Numbered from the stretch's first letter, positions 13,999 to 29,278 are shown. The stretch: 64,000 nt of DNA from Octopus vulgaris (GCA_951406725.2 OX597829.1:17980001-18044000); one strand, 5' to 3'. Numbers and translations: made by a program. Notes: a model not told the origin generated them from the letters alone.

Positions 13999-14511
13999 TC
14001 TATATATATAAAACTGTAGTTGTGTGAGTGTCTGTTTCCTTCGATTTAGATTCCTAACTACTCCCACATTTTGCGGTGCAGTTTAACCAAATTCGGGTAT
14101 CTTATAGTCGTGATTCATATCGAGCCCGTCTGAGTATTAGCGCGTGTCAACGATGAGTCTACGATTTTAAAAATAATTTAACATCATTTTTTATTCCATT
14201 TTAATGCATAATTTTTCGTGTGTCGATGGCGGCGGAGTTGGCGTCCATGGTCACACCTGCACCTGTTTGCTTCTCCCCCTTCTTCCCTCCCTCGTGAAGC
14301 TGTGGGGAAGAGAGTGTAAGGAAATCAACGTCGTAAAGCGTTGTCAAGGAGACCAGCGTTCTTTTAGAACAACGACTTCATGGCTTGAAGACACCAAAAC
14401 AGAAATGGCTAAGAAAGCCCGAATTGGCATCTATAAGGGAAGTAACTCTCTAAAAATGCTTATATAGTTATTTCCCTTACAAACCCGAGCAACGCCGGGC
14501 GATACTGCTAG
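13999..14511 (+). mobile_element. Non-autonomous Helitron
   Basis: Starts A|TCTATATATATAAAA; subterminal hairpin CCCGAGCAACGCCGGG, then CTAG|T. Confidence 0.85.
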
Positions 14512-14632
14512 TATATAATATAAATAATATATAAATATATGCATATAATCATACATATATGTACATACCTACATCTATAAGTATATATACATGCATATAT
14601 AGGTACAGGACATAAAAAAAAACGTTGAACAC

Positions 14633-14975
14633 AATGTTGACACTCGGTCTGCTTAGGAGGTTGTTGTGTCCTAGCATATGTGCTGCTTCTTTTAGTTTTC
14701 GTATTTTCCAGTAGTGTTCTCTGTCTATTATTTTAACTTCATCCCACAGAGGAAGGTGGTCTCCATTTTTCCATATATGAACGGCTATACCCGATTTATC
14801 AATATCTCCTCGTGTGACAGCTTTGCGATGTTCCTCTACCCTTATTTTGAGGGGGCTGCATGTTTCACCTTTGTATAACCTACCACAGCTGCATTGGATG
14901 GAGTACACACAGTCTTTGGTCATATTCTCTTCTATTGGTGGTTTTACTCGAAGGAGATATTTGCAAAGTGTTGCA
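14633..14975 (-). mobile_element. Penelope-like element fragment: GIY-YIG endonuclease
   Basis: ORF 14549-14923 reads VYSIQCSCGRLYKGET..LKIRVEEH..SGIAVH..H...WDEVKIIDRE..RKLKEA. Confidence 0.9.
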
Positions 14976-15209
14976 GACCAACTTTAAGCGAATCTTATAA
15001 ACTTTACATTTGGATGGACTCATATTAAACTCTGTTGGACTTTCGGATTTTACTCAAAGGATATTGGAATAATACACATATATACCATTATGCTTATAAA
15101 ACGGATTTATGAACTCACTAACCATACATATCTTACATCTTTTTTCTTTCCTCCACCTCACTCTCTATTTATATCACATCGAAACAAACTTAACTTTACC
15201 TCTCACACC

Positions 15210-15264
15210 GTCTCCGATGAAGCGCTATTATTAATAATTCATATTCTAGAAACAGCTGTAAGAC
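15210..15264 (+). ncRNA. Degenerate hammerhead motif
   Basis: GTCT-CCGATGA-...-GAAAC-AGCT-GTA-AGAC. Stems I and III match 11057, with one core mismatch and a weak stem II. Confidence 0.65.
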
Positions 15265-15330
15265 CTTCTATCTATAAATGCTCTAATATCTATACAGTCT
15301 TGGGTTTTTTTTTATCTCATTACACAAAAA

Positions 15331-15397
<67 letters not shown>

Positions 15398-15804
15398 GTG
15401 TGTGTACGTAAGTATGTATTTATGTATATACGCAACACAATTTCTATAGAATTTCACAGAAGCAGCTTCAAAATAACTATGGGAGATTAGTCTATTGGAG
15501 AATACAATACAAAGAATTGACACATAACTACTTGACCGCTGCGCCTTTTTTAAATCTGGCTTTGACGGTTTTATCATTGTGATCGTATTTCCATGATCCT
15601 TTGCAACCTGTTGCAAAATGGAAGAGGAAAGTGAAAGTAGAGAGGCAAGTTTTGTCTAGCGAATGTTTCAAAAAAAGATGGGTGAATGTAGCAAGGATGG
15701 CACGTGTGAATGACGAAGCCACCTTGAGCATAATCCTATGAACCCGGAAAAATTGAAAACAGAGGGTTACCTACTTGCAAACAAATGTGGTAACATGTAA
15801 CATT

Positions 15805-16095
15805 ATTGACCGAGGTTACCGTGGTCTTTTCCGTAGGCTTTTCTTCCCACGGATAAACCCTATCTGTTTCCCATTTTACACTTTACATCATGACATTTCT
15901 GTGATACACGATCCCTATTGATCGTTTTTTTCTTTTTCTTTTTCTTTTTTTTTTCGTCCACTTTTTTTCCTTTCCCTTTTACGATACCTTTTGATCGAAA
16001 ACCTATCCCACTCTTTTTTCTCTCCCCAAAAAGAAAAGCTCTACTGTGTAATCTGTCCGTCTGTGTGCAGCCCTGTGTGGCTAATAAAGAAACAT
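15805..16095 (+). mobile_element. 3' UTR fragment of L1/Tx1-type LINE
   Basis: Shares CGATCCCTATTGATCG and the upstream block with the 3' UTR at 2657-2885 (minus); ends GCTAATAAAGAAAC. Confidence 0.65.
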
Positions 16096-16276
16096 ATTAC
16101 CATTACTTATTTGTGATTATCATACTAGTGGAATGTCTTGGAATGTCAATGAAACAATTGACAAGAAAAATTGCATGTATCTCTCTTTCATCCTTTTTTT
16201 TTCTTTCGATGCTGTATCTTTCTGTATTTTACTTAGACTTTAATTGCTTCTCTCTCTCTATTTCTCTCTCTATTTG

Positions 16277-16381
<105 letters not shown>

Positions 16382-16697
16382 ACTTAATGAAGGATATTAA
16401 TTTTCATCATGATTGCGTCTTTAATATAAAATGTTTGAGAGTTATTTGTTTACACACACGTACGTACACACACAAACACACATATGCACTCACATATACA
16501 AACACAAATACACACACAGGTACACACACATACATATATTCATACAAACATACATGCATATATATGTGTACGTATGTAGGTATGTATGCATGCATATATG
16601 TATGTGTAGATATTTATATATGCTTGTATCCATATGCATAAATACATATATCGATTCATATACGTATATATACATATATATACACACACACATTTAT

Positions 16698-16750
<53 letters not shown>

Positions 16751-16879
16751 TGCGCGTGTATGTGTGACTATATATATATGAATTTTTCTCTAATTTATAT
16801 ATATATTTATATTATGAAATTTGACTTAATACTAAATTGAATTGATCCCTGTAAGTTTGGAGTTATACTCCCTAATATA

Positions 16880-16920
<41 letters not shown>

Positions 16921-17085
16921 CGAATGGTCATATTGTAATAAAAACACACGTATGTATTTTGTTCATGTATGTATGTATGTATGTATGTATGTATGTATAT
17001 ATATTTATATATATATACACACACACACACATATACATACATACATACATACATACATACATACATACATACATACATACATACA

Positions 17086-17116
<31 letters not shown>

Positions 17117-17304
17117 GTTTATCTGTTGTTCGTCCGAGTTTCGCCTGTTGGCACAAAGGGTCAGGAGACCATCTGTGCAAAAGGATGAAACTCAAAGTTG
17201 CAATAGATTGACCTGACCAAAATAATAATATATTATTAATCTCTCCCATGTTATTGAGTACTTTTTATTTAGTCAGTTATATCCACACATACATCTCTTT
17301 TATC

Positions 17305-17600
17305 TTTTATCTTTTACTTGTTTCAGACAGTAGACAGCGACCATGCTGGGGCACGCTTCCAAGAATCTTTAGTCGAATGAACCGATCCCGCATCAACTTT
17401 TTTAAGCCTGTTACATATTATATCCCCTTTTCATCGAATCGCTAAGTTACGAGGACGTAAACACATCAACGCCGGTAGTTTGAAGGCGGGGTGGGATAAA
17501 CACAGATATAAAGACACACACACATCTATATACGATAGGCTTCTTTCAGTTTCCATTTACCAAATCTACAAAGCTGAACCTCACAGCCACGCCTGTGCCT
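17305..17600 (-). mobile_element. SINE family B (diverged)
   Basis: Similarity to 32411-32858. Confidence 0.7.
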
Positions 17601-18741
17601 AACGTATATATATATACACGCATATAGATATATATATACACACATATATATATATATATATATAAATATGTGTGTGAGTGTGTGTGTGTGTAGACACACA
17701 TACATATATAGAAATTTATATATATTTATATATACAGATATATACATCTTTACACATGTATGTGCGTATGCATGCATATCATGTGTCCCTGTGTGTATAC
17801 ACGCTTATAAATACACAAAAAACTTGTGTGTGTTTAATTATGTGCATCCATGTGTTTATTATTAACGGCTGTTTGTATGCGTGTGTATGTGTGTGTGTGT
17901 GTTTACATTTTGACACCAGCTCCACCACTCGGTTCAAGACAAACTCTATGACTTCCGTCTAAAAAATAACGCCAGTCCTTTCAACTCCCCTGAATCCCAT
18001 TTTTTTTTTTCTTTTACTTCATTTCCTCCGTTCTTCTCGTCCCCACCTTTCTCTCTCTCTCTCTCTCTCCTTCTCTCCCTCCGTCTCTCTCTCTCTTTTT
18101 CTCCCTCTCTTTCTCCTTCACTCTCTGTCCTGTCTTTTTCTTGATTTTTTTTTCCGTCATTCTTTTCTCTCGCCTTTTCTTTGAATTTCTTTCATTTCAT
18201 TTCCTATCATCTCTTTTCATTTCGTTTTTCACTTTTCTTTGATTCTCACTTTTCTTTCTTATTTATTTTATTCCTTTTTTTTTCATTCTCTATTTTTTTT
18301 TTTCTTAAAATTTTTTACTAACAAGAAAGAATGCACGCAGTAACCCGGATTGTTAGAAAAAACCAATCTAATTTCACTCAAATCTCATTAACAAAATTAA
18401 AACAAATGTCATATTGATCAGCTTCGTCCCTCTTATACATCTTGACAGGATGATCACGGCTGGAACATATTTCCTCATATATCTACTTACATGTGTTTCC
18501 TTCTCATCCTTTCCTATTATTCTTCATTGTATCACCATAATTTTCTATGGTGGTGGCCACTGATTGTAATCACGGTTAGTGATTATTATCAAAGTCACTA
18601 GGCCCAGAAACCAATCTCAGTTATGTATGCTTAATATTAGCTGCTTATTGTTAACTGAACAGTTCCTTCCCAAAGTGATCACAATAAGCAGCTTTACATA
18701 CATACACATACACACACAAACACACATATGTACTTACAAAC

Positions 18742-18780
<39 letters not shown>

Positions 18781-18794
18781 GATAAATATGTGTG

Positions 18795-19003
18795 GGGTCT
18801 GTGTGGTAAGTGGCTTGCTTACGAACCATGTGGTTCCGGGTTCAGTCCCACTGTGCGGTACCTTTGGCAAGTGTCTTCGACCAAAGCATTGTGAGTGGAT
18901 TTGGTAGACGGAAACTGAATGAAACCCATCGTATATATGTATATACATATATATATGTATATACATATATATATGTATATACATATATATATATGTGTGT
19001 GTG

Positions 19004-19034
<31 letters not shown>

Positions 19035-19255
19035 ATGTTTGTGGGTCTATGTTTGTCCCCCCCCCAACATCGCTTGACAACCGATGCTGGTGTGTTTACG
19101 TCCATGTAACTTAGCGTTTCGGCAAAAAAGACCGATAGAATAAGTACTGGGCTTACAAAGAATAAGTCCTGGGGTTGATTTGCTCGACTAAAGGCAGTGC
19201 TCCAGCATGGCCACAGTCAAATGACTGAAACAAGTAAAAGAGAGTAAAAGAGAGT
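18795..19255 (+). mobile_element. SINE family B with internal microsatellite
   Basis: tRNA-like head (GGTTCAGTCCC), internal (TA)/(TG) tract, tail AAGTAAAAGAG repeats. Confidence 0.85.
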
Positions 19256-20418
19256 ATGTGTATTATGTAGTTTATTGTTCCATAATTGAGGGGATCAATA
19301 AAAAAATGGATATAAATATCATTTAATGTACATTGTATTAGAATAAGAGCGACTAGTTTCTTACTATTAAAACACGTGGTTAGGCAAATTTCGTAACGTG
19401 TTCTGTGTCTACAAGCAATATCCGTGCTCAGAGCATTTGGTTTATAGTATTTGAAATACAAGATGCTGTAAGTATATATGTGTGTGTGATATGTGTATAT
19501 GTGTGTGATATGTGTGTGTGTAAGTGTGAGTGATATGTATGATGGGTGTGTGTGTGCGTGTGTGTGTGTGTGTGCGTAACCATGTGTATATAAATGTAAA
19601 CAAACAAATATTTGTTTGTTGTTTTTATGAGAAGTGTCGAAATATGTATCGTTGACAAATTTTTCCGCCTTGTATTTCTGCTATTCTAACGGCAACTCTG
19701 CGTTCGAAAAGATATCATCTTATTAGTATCATACAACATGCATGCATGTATGTATGTATGTATGTATGTATGTATGCATGTACGTGTGTATGTATGTATG
19801 TATGTATGTGTATGTATGTATGTATGTATGTATGTATGTATGTATGTATGTATGTAGGTATGTATGTATGTATGTATGTATGTATGCATGTGTGTATGTA
19901 TGTATGCATGTACGTGTGTATGTATGTAGGTATGTATGTATACATGTGTGTATGTATGTGTGTATGTATATATGTATGTATGTATGCATGCATGCATTTA
20001 TATATATATATGTATGTATATGTGTGTGTGTGTATGAATGTATGTGTGTATGAATGTATGTATATATGTATGTATATATTATATGTATATAAGTATGTAT
20101 GTATATATGTATGTATGTATGTATGCATGCATGTATTTATGTATAATGTATGTATATATGTATGAATGTATAATGTAGGTATGCATGTATTTATGTATTT
20201 ATGTATGCCTATGTATTTGTAATCAACGACTTTATCCGGTTCTCTTTTTTCATCCGATTCATCTCTCTTGCTCTTTTTCTCCTTCTTTTTGGCCTCCATT
20301 TCGTTTTTTAACCCCCTCAGATTCCTTCATCTTCAACGTTTCTTTTTATCCTTCAATCCCGAGTTAATTTTCTCTCTCTTACCCGCCAGTTATACTGTTA
20401 TTATTACAGTTTAACCAG

Positions 20419-20850
20419 AAGGCGGTGAGCTGGCAGAATCGTTAGCACGCCGAGTACAGTGCTCGGCGGCATTTCGTCCATGTTAACGTTCTGAGCTCAA
20501 ATTCCACTGATGTCGACTTTGCCTTCATCAACTTGGTGTCGATAAAGTAAGTACCAGTCGGGTACTGGGATCGATACAATCGACTCATCCTCTCTCCAAA
20601 AATTGCTATCCTTGTGGCACAATTTCAAACCATTATTATTATCATTATTATCATTGTTGTTGTTGTTGTTGTTAAGGCAGGAGCTAAAAGAATCGTTAGC
20701 ACACCAAGCTAAATGCTTATCAGCATTTTGTCTGTCTTTACAGTCAGAGTTCAAATTCCGCCGAGGTCAATTTTGCCTTTCATACTTTCGGGGTCGATAA
20801 AGTAAGTACCAGTCAAGTACTGGTGACGATATGTTCGATGATTCTCCTCC
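20419..20850 (+). mobile_element. Two tandem diverged SINE family A copies
   Basis: AAGGCGGTGAGCTGGCAGAA-like heads at 20419 and 20674. Confidence 0.8.
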
Positions 20851-21199
20851 TTCCCACAATTATTGGTACCGATAATTATTGGTACTACTGCCAACTTTTT
20901 CATCGATCTTCAACTGCTTAACCTCCCAAGTTGACCTGTCATATCTATCGACTTTTTATGGCCGCCGTTCAGTAAAGTCACGGAAATTTGAAGCTCCGAA
21001 AGTTGAAATGTTTGTAATCTTTTCGGTTATCTAAGACCTCGTGTGTTCATTTTTATTGTTACTATTGCAACTCTGAGATTGTCTGAAGTGCGCAGATACG
21101 ATTTCTCCCTCTGTTTTGCACGAGGTGCGCATCAATAATTTTAAAATTTTAGCTATTTTCGGCAAAAGCAAATATTTTGCAACTTTCTTTAATTATTCA

Positions 21200-21880
21200 A
21201 AGATGGCTGATAAAGAAGCCATCATAATGTTCGGCAAAGGAACACGTTCCTCGTCGGAAGTAAAAAGTGAAAACAAGTTCATCGAATGGATCAAAGTTAA
21301 TGACGTCACCGAGGCGAATAATGTTTCGTCTTTAAGCAACGTCAAAACTTTCGGTGTCGACAAAATGAACAACAGCAACAAGAACAGAACTAACAACAAA
21401 AATAACAACAGCAGCAGCAGCAACAATAACAATCGCAACAACAATACGAAAGAAATGAAACATAAAAACGCGAATTTTGCTTTTGTTTTTTGTTTTTTGC
21501 ATTTACAGTAAGAAATATGGAAAATTTCCGCATAGATGAAAATTTTAAAATGGTAAGGAAAATGGTAAAAAGGAATGGCAGTAGGGTTGCTCTAAACCCT
21601 CCATCCAACGTGATAGAGAACATCTTTGGATGCACGGTAACATATGAAAAATGCTCCTGAGAGCGAAATGCAAAAATGCCTCGGGAACGTTTGAGAACAA
21701 AAGACCCACATCACCTCAGAAAAGAAGTTTGGAACTATTGAAGTGAGATTTGGTTCAGAAGAAGAAGCCAGGTGCCATTGTGCAACCACTTTGAGGAATG
21801 ACAACTTCTTAATCTCCAGCTATCACGGCCAACGTCTTGCTGAGATTAGGGAGTTGAATGTGTCCCCATTCAACAGTTAA
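21200..21880 (+). pseudogene. Possible decayed LINE ORF1 (L1/Tx1-like)
   Basis: Disrupted frames include KKFGTIEVRFGSEEEAR, which is only reminiscent of the RRM-like ORF1 region. Confidence 0.3.
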
Positions 21881-22453
21881 GCAGAAGATTTAATGGTCAC
21901 AGATATGACGTCAGGTACAATAAAAGTAGTTCGACATAACTTACTGAACATTTTGCATCAAGTGGCTGCAATTTTGAAAAAGACTCGAAAGTGAATATTC
22001 TCAGAAAATATTCTGAATCTGCTACACTTTCAGTACTCAAAATGCATGAGGAGAAATATGCTTGCGGATTATCAACATCACGCCCTCGAGGAATGAATAA
22101 AATGACAGGAAAATTTCATCAAATTTGCACAAGACTGATTAAATATTCATCTTTTTTTTTCCTATTCTTATTCTCTCTTTTCTTTCTTTTTCTTTTTTAC
22201 CAGTTGTAAACTTAAAATTTGAAGACTGATGATGTCATTCCATCAACGTGAGGGCGCTAGTTGCTCCCGTTCATATTTTGGATTTGAATTTCTATAGTTT
22301 TGAATTTTTATTACTCCTCATTTTGAACTCGACAAAGATAGGTTTGCTGTCGAAATATCGTTCAACCAATAAAATATCTAATTACAATCGCATCGCGGTC
22401 TTCGCATTGTCTATTTACATTTGCGAAAGAGTTACGTCAATCCTTTTGAAATA

Positions 22454-22930
<477 letters not shown>

Positions 22931-22962
22931 GATAATAATAATCATTATCATTACCACCATCA

Positions 22963-23015
<53 letters not shown>

Positions 23016-23032
23016 ATTATTATTATTATTAC

Positions 23033-23109
<77 letters not shown>

Positions 23110-23112
<3 letters not shown>

Positions 23113-23612
23113 GTTTGACTTTTCTTTGTATTTGTACAAGCTGGCTCCAAGTCTCAGCCAGAGACCTCAAAAGACAACAAGTTAGAACTTCATGTTGGTG
23201 TTATGCCTAGGGTGCCATATATTTGGTTTTGCCCGTTGCATTGTTCCAGAGAATGTTTAAGAAAACAAGAAAAGTATGAGTTTGTTTTAAAATTTGAGAT
23301 TACATAGACAATATTTTACGTAGGATATGGGCAGTTCCCATGAGCACTATCTTTTGAATTTCTGCCGTTTTGGGGGTTTCCTAGTATCTGAGCTAGGTAG
23401 CAGTCACCCTGTTTTGCTATCATTCCTAGGGCACCTGTGACAACAGGTATTGTTTTAGTGTTGAGGTTCCACATTTTGCCAATTTCTATTTCACGATCTT
23501 TATACTTGCTCAGTTTTTGGTAGGTCTTGATAGCTACATTTATGTCGGTTGGAACGGTTATACAGATGAGGAGACATGATTTGTGTCTGGCCTATTCGCA
23601 TCTATTTTTTGT
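23110..23612 (-). mobile_element. R4/Dong-clade LINE 3' end (restriction-like endonuclease)
   Basis: Manual translation gives KIDANRPD..KLSKYKD.EIEIGKMWNL..IPVVTGALG..EIQKIVLMGTAHILRKILSM*, then a 3' UTR and a (TAA)n tail. Confidence 0.8.
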
Positions 23613-23633
23613 CATTTATTATTATTATTCTGC

Positions 23634-24092
<459 letters not shown>

Positions 24093-24117
24093 TATAATTA
24101 TCATTATTATTATTATT

Positions 24118-25204
24118 GAGTGAGAGACCAGTGCATGCCATCAAAGTGACACTGGGATAATATATACGAAGCCCTGTATACCCATCATGATTTCCCGTCT
24201 GATAAGGGTACACCAGGCACATGCATCACAACCATATGTGCGCGACATGGTGATCTCATATCAAGATAACAGCACATGACCTTGTAGGTGGGGCCCAGTT
24301 AGAATTTTCTTCTGGTCGAGTAACCTATCCCGTTCAAAAGGTCCCTGAATAAGGATTATTTAAGGATGTTGAATGAAACACCCATATTTCCAGAGGTGAA
24401 TTATTCAATCCCCAAAGAATCCCTCTCAACACATGACTATGATACCCACCCACACTACTTCTGCTCGTGGTCAGATATGCACGTATCGTCAGCCACCAAG
24501 GGACATGGTCAACTGGTTATGGTCAAACAACTGACAAGCAAATCTGTGGTATTGAGCAGAATATTTGCTGTAGCCCATCTTTTATACCAAGACAAAACAA
24601 TGTACATGATAACACTTCCAATCAGTTAAGATCAGAAGCCATCAGAGCCACTGCCTGGTACTGCATCAGGGCATTATTATTTTATTTTTATTATTATTAT
24701 TATTGAGTGAGCGAGCAGTGCATGCCATCGAAGTGACACTGGGGTAATATATACGAAGCCCAGTATACCCATCATGACTACCCGTCTGATAAGGGTACAC
24801 CAGGCACATGCCTCACAACCATATTTGCGCGACATGGTGATCTCATATCAAGATAAACAGCACATGACCTTGCAGGTGGAGCCCAGTTAGAATTTTCTTC
24901 AGATCGAGTAACCCATCCCGCTCAGAAGGTCCCTGAATAAGGGTTGTTTAAGGATGTTGAACGAAACACCCATGTTTCCAGAGGTGAATTATTCAAACCC
25001 CAAAGAATCCTTCTCAACACATGGCTATGATGCTCCCCCACTACTTCTGCTCGTGATCAGAGATGCACATATCGTCAGCCACTAAGGGACATGCTCAACT
25101 GGTTAAGGTCAAACAACTGACAAGCAAATCTGTGGTATTGAGCAGAATATTTGCTGTAGCCCATCTTTTATACCAAGATAAAACAATGTACATGATAACA
25201 CTTC

Positions 25205-25250
<46 letters not shown>

Positions 25251-25761
25251 GAGTGAGAGAGCAGTTCATGCCATCAAAGTGACACTGGGGTAAAATATAC
25301 GAAGCCCAATATACCCATCATGACTACCCGTCTGATAAAGGTACACCAGGCACATGCATCACAACCATATGTGCGCGACATGGTGATCTCATATCAAGAT
25401 AAACAGCACATGACCTTGCAGGTGGGGCCCAGTTAGAATTTTCTTCATTTTGAGTAGCCCATCCTGCTCAAACGGTCCCTGAATAAGGGTTGTTTCAGGA
25501 TGTTGAAAGAACCACCCATGTTTCCAGAGGTGAACTATTCAAACCCCAAAGAATCCCTCTCAACACATGGCTATGATGCTCCCCCCACTACTTCTGCTCG
25601 TGATCAGAGATGCACATATCGTCAGCCACTAAGGGACATGCTCAACTGGTTAAGGTCAAACAACTGACAAGCAAATCTGTGGTATTGAGCAGAATATTTG
25701 CTGTAGCCCATCTTTTATACCAAGATAAAACAATGTACACCAGATAACACTGCCTGTACTG

Positions 25762-25762
<1 letters not shown>
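24118..25762 (-). mobile_element. Three tandem copies (24118-24672, 24705-25205, 25251-25762) of a roughly 550-bp non-coding retroposon separated by (TAA)n
   Basis: Highly similar units that share the same left boundary (TTATT|GAGTGAG) and have variable right ends. Confidence 0.85.
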
Positions 25763-25833
<71 letters not shown>

Positions 25834-26744
25834 AATGGTGAGCTGGCGGAATTGTCATCGTCCTGGACAAAATACTTAGCAACATCTCGTCCGTCTTTAC
25901 TTTCGGGAGTTCACATTCCACCAAGGTCGACTTTGACTTTCATCCTTTCGAGGTCGAAATTCCAAGCATTGTACCTATGATAGAAAGGTTTATTAATGTC
26001 TAACCTCGAATCAGTTTTCATCATACATAAAAATATTATCAAAAAGTACACCAGCTATATCAATTACTTCTCTACCTCCACATTTCCTGTTTTTCTTCTT
26101 CTTTTAATTGTTTAGTAGATGGCAGCAGAGTGGAGGAAACAGTATTTATTTACATCACCCTATATTCTTAAGGTCAGGGTTCGATTACTGCTAGGAATCA
26201 AGTTTACATTTCAATTAGCCGAGAAACAATAAGAATTATTGTTATACATTCAAAATTATCCGATGGGTTACTACCGTTCTTATCCTTCATTGAAATAAAA
26301 ACATTTAAACTCCGCAAGACTTTTATTCTTTGACACTTTCACCTAAGATAAAATATTTAGCGGCATTTCTTCAGTGTATATGTCTGTGCGCGTGTGTATG
26401 TCTGTGTGCGTGTGTATGACTGTGTGTCTATGTCTGTGCGTATATGTCTGTGTGTGTGCGCATGTCTGTATGTGATATGTCTGTGTGTGTGTATTTCTGT
26501 GTATATATATATATATGTCTGTGTGTGTCTGATTCCTTACGTTTTAAGGTCTGAGTTCAAGGGCCAACTTTACCTTTCATTCCTATTATTTACCCGCTCT
26601 TCTCAAAACTGCTGACCTTGCTCCAAAATCAGAAAGATTCATTAACTGTTCGTGTTCATCTTTTTAAACATTAGCATATGTGTGCATGTCTCAGTCAATA
26701 TATGTATGTATTTAGATAAACAGACATATAGATATATAGATAGA

Positions 26745-26750
26745 TAGAAT

Positions 26751-26824
<74 letters not shown>

Positions 26825-26893
26825 TAGATAGGTAGATAGGTAGACAGATAGATAGACAGACAGACAGACAGATAGATAGGTAGATAGGTAGAC

Positions 26894-26924
<31 letters not shown>

Positions 26925-26958
26925 TTGATAGGTAGATAGGTAGACAGATAGAGAGAGA

Positions 26959-26996
<38 letters not shown>
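26745..26996. repeat. (GATA)n/(GACA)n/(GA)n compound microsatellite
   Basis: Direct reading. Confidence 0.95.
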
Positions 26997-27000
<4 letters not shown>

Positions 27001-28019
27001 CTTTGCTGCTGTTGATACTACTGCTTTTATAGTTGTTTATTCCCGGATCAAATTTTACTGCGCATGCCTAAGATCAAAATCATTTAACTATAACTTTGAC
27101 ATTCACTGTATTCCAGAATTCAGGAAGCTTTGGCTACTATTTCTACCTGATCTAGCCTCTATGCAGAGATTCCTGTATGATATTGTTATTGATGTTTGTT
27201 TGTTTTTTAGCCCAGGGTGGTCTCGATTCAGCGGACCTATAACCAGACGCTGTCCTTGGATAGATAGTCCGCCATTCTAAAACTATCCAGCACTCACACC
27301 ATCCTAATATGTTCCCTACTACTAAAAAATAGTCCGAATTGATCTGAGGGAAATCTGGGTGCGATTTTCAGCATATATTGCGACTTCAAGTTTCTCTTTT
27401 GTGTATATACTAAGTGTATATGTGCGCATGTGCACTGATAAATTTAAAATGGAGGAGGTGGGAAGATGAGGTGACGTTTACTTGAATAATGTCCATATGG
27501 AGACCTACTGTCGTATGTCTATTAGTGAGTGTAATGTATGTATATTATTTATACCCGCGAGTGTACACGTGGTATAGATATCCTTGATGCTAGTATTCTC
27601 CTCTGTGTTTGTCGCCTTTTATCTATATTCTCTTCCATTACACATTTAGAACTGCTTAACGTAAAACAAACAATAGAACTCCATTGAAAATAATCTATAT
27701 ATTATTTCTGTTTCGTATTTCTTTTTAATTATTTACACTTTAATCATTTACAGATTTTTTTTCTTTATGAAATGTAAGAAATGTGTTGTTTTTAATTCGA
27801 TTTGTATTTTAGTTTGTTTTTTTTTTATTATTATTACTTGAAACTTATTTTACTGTAAATGAGAAACAAGGAATAGCAAAAGTAAAATATTCTATTAAAA
27901 TTTTCACCCAGTTTAATCTTATTTTCATATCCATAGGAAATGTATTGAGCGGCAGTCCTTCGACTGAAACCCCTAGAAGGGTAAAGAATAAAAGAATGGG
28001 ACATAGACATTCACAGAGA

Positions 28020-28280
28020 GTTCAACGGAATTTGCGACTTCTGTATCAGAAACATTAAGAACTCCAGCAACTCACTCCTGTTTCTCCATAATTCCAACTG
28101 GCAGCAAAAAGGAAAGTAATCGACTCTTCCACGTATCAAGAGTAGCTACGACGGAGCTGAGGTTCCCGACTTCATCGGGATAGTTTATCTTAAATAAACT
28201 AAGTGACGTACACTCGTCCACAGTTCAGCCTCGTACAGGGATGATAGTCTGGCAATCTCAGGTTATATGAACAACCACAT
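28020..28280 (+). pseudogene. Decayed Penelope-like (Neptune-type) reverse transcriptase fragment
   Basis: SSYDGAEVPDFIG and YRDDSLAI match the recalled MGSYDGAEV..L(V/I)G and YRDDGL motifs of PLE RTs. Confidence 0.7.
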
Positions 28281-28300
28281 CATGCGTATATACATACATT

Positions 28301-28652
28301 ATGGCTGCCCCCTCGTTATCGAGTATGGCCATTGCACGAAGCTTAACTAATACTGGTGCTGTGATCGAATGTGACTTTTTAGCCCAGCTAAAGATCTACA
28401 ATGTCTTGTACAAAATTGGCAGCTAAAACCTTTACCGGTAATAGCCAGCTGTAGTTGTAACTGGGCTTCATGTACCTTTGCATGTCGTTTAAGTCCTCCT
28501 GCCGAATTACACTCTCTTCCACATGCCCGACAGATATGATTAGTATGGTGTGTTACACCACCCTCAGTGGCCAGGTTGTCACTCATCTGTCTCGTTTTAT
28601 GACTACGAAGATGACTCATGAGTCCAGCTTTACTGAGGCAGGGTCTTGCACA
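28301..28652 (-). mobile_element. Short 3' copy of the zinc-finger RTE
   Basis: Near-identical to 6471-6825; abuts (ATAC)n. Confidence 0.9.
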
Positions 28653-28692
28653 TACATACATACATACATACATACATACATACATACATACA

Positions 28693-28726
<34 letters not shown>

Positions 28727-29278
28727 AATACATACATACATACATATATAAATACATACATACATACATACATACATACATACATACATACATACATACA
28801 TACATACATACATACATACATACATACATACATACATACATACATACATACAACACACTGCCTAAATGCTAATCTTGAGGAATAAAACTTCTCAAAACCA
28901 GAAAGGAAAAAGCTAATTCGAATATTACAGATCCAATCCATCACTGGAACTGTAAGAATCTATAAAACTTTCCACAAGTCTATCATTTAGATATATATGA
29001 GCATGTCTAGATATGCAACTACGTGCATGAGAATACATACATAAAAATAAACATACAACTCTGCACATATACATACATATATACATACCCTGTTGTTTAT
29101 GTTGAAATTCCAATGAAGGAGACTTGGATCTAGGTTACAAACCGATTCTTTTTCTATTGGCAAGAAATCTTGAAATAAAACTGAATAACATATGTACATA
29201 TATACATATATACATACATAGATGCATACATACATACATACATACATACATACATACATACATACATACATACATACA

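Noticed and set aside
22222-22265. CTGATGA hammerhead-like start
   Set aside because: No GAAA or matching stems downstream.
24625-24672. Faint 5S rRNA resemblance (GATCAGAAGC..GCCTGGTACT)
   Set aside because: Too short and gapped to support.
24118-25762. Regular repeat-spacer appearance (CRISPR-like)
   Set aside because: The long units are near-identical and the short parts are (TAA)n; eukaryotic context and no cas genes.
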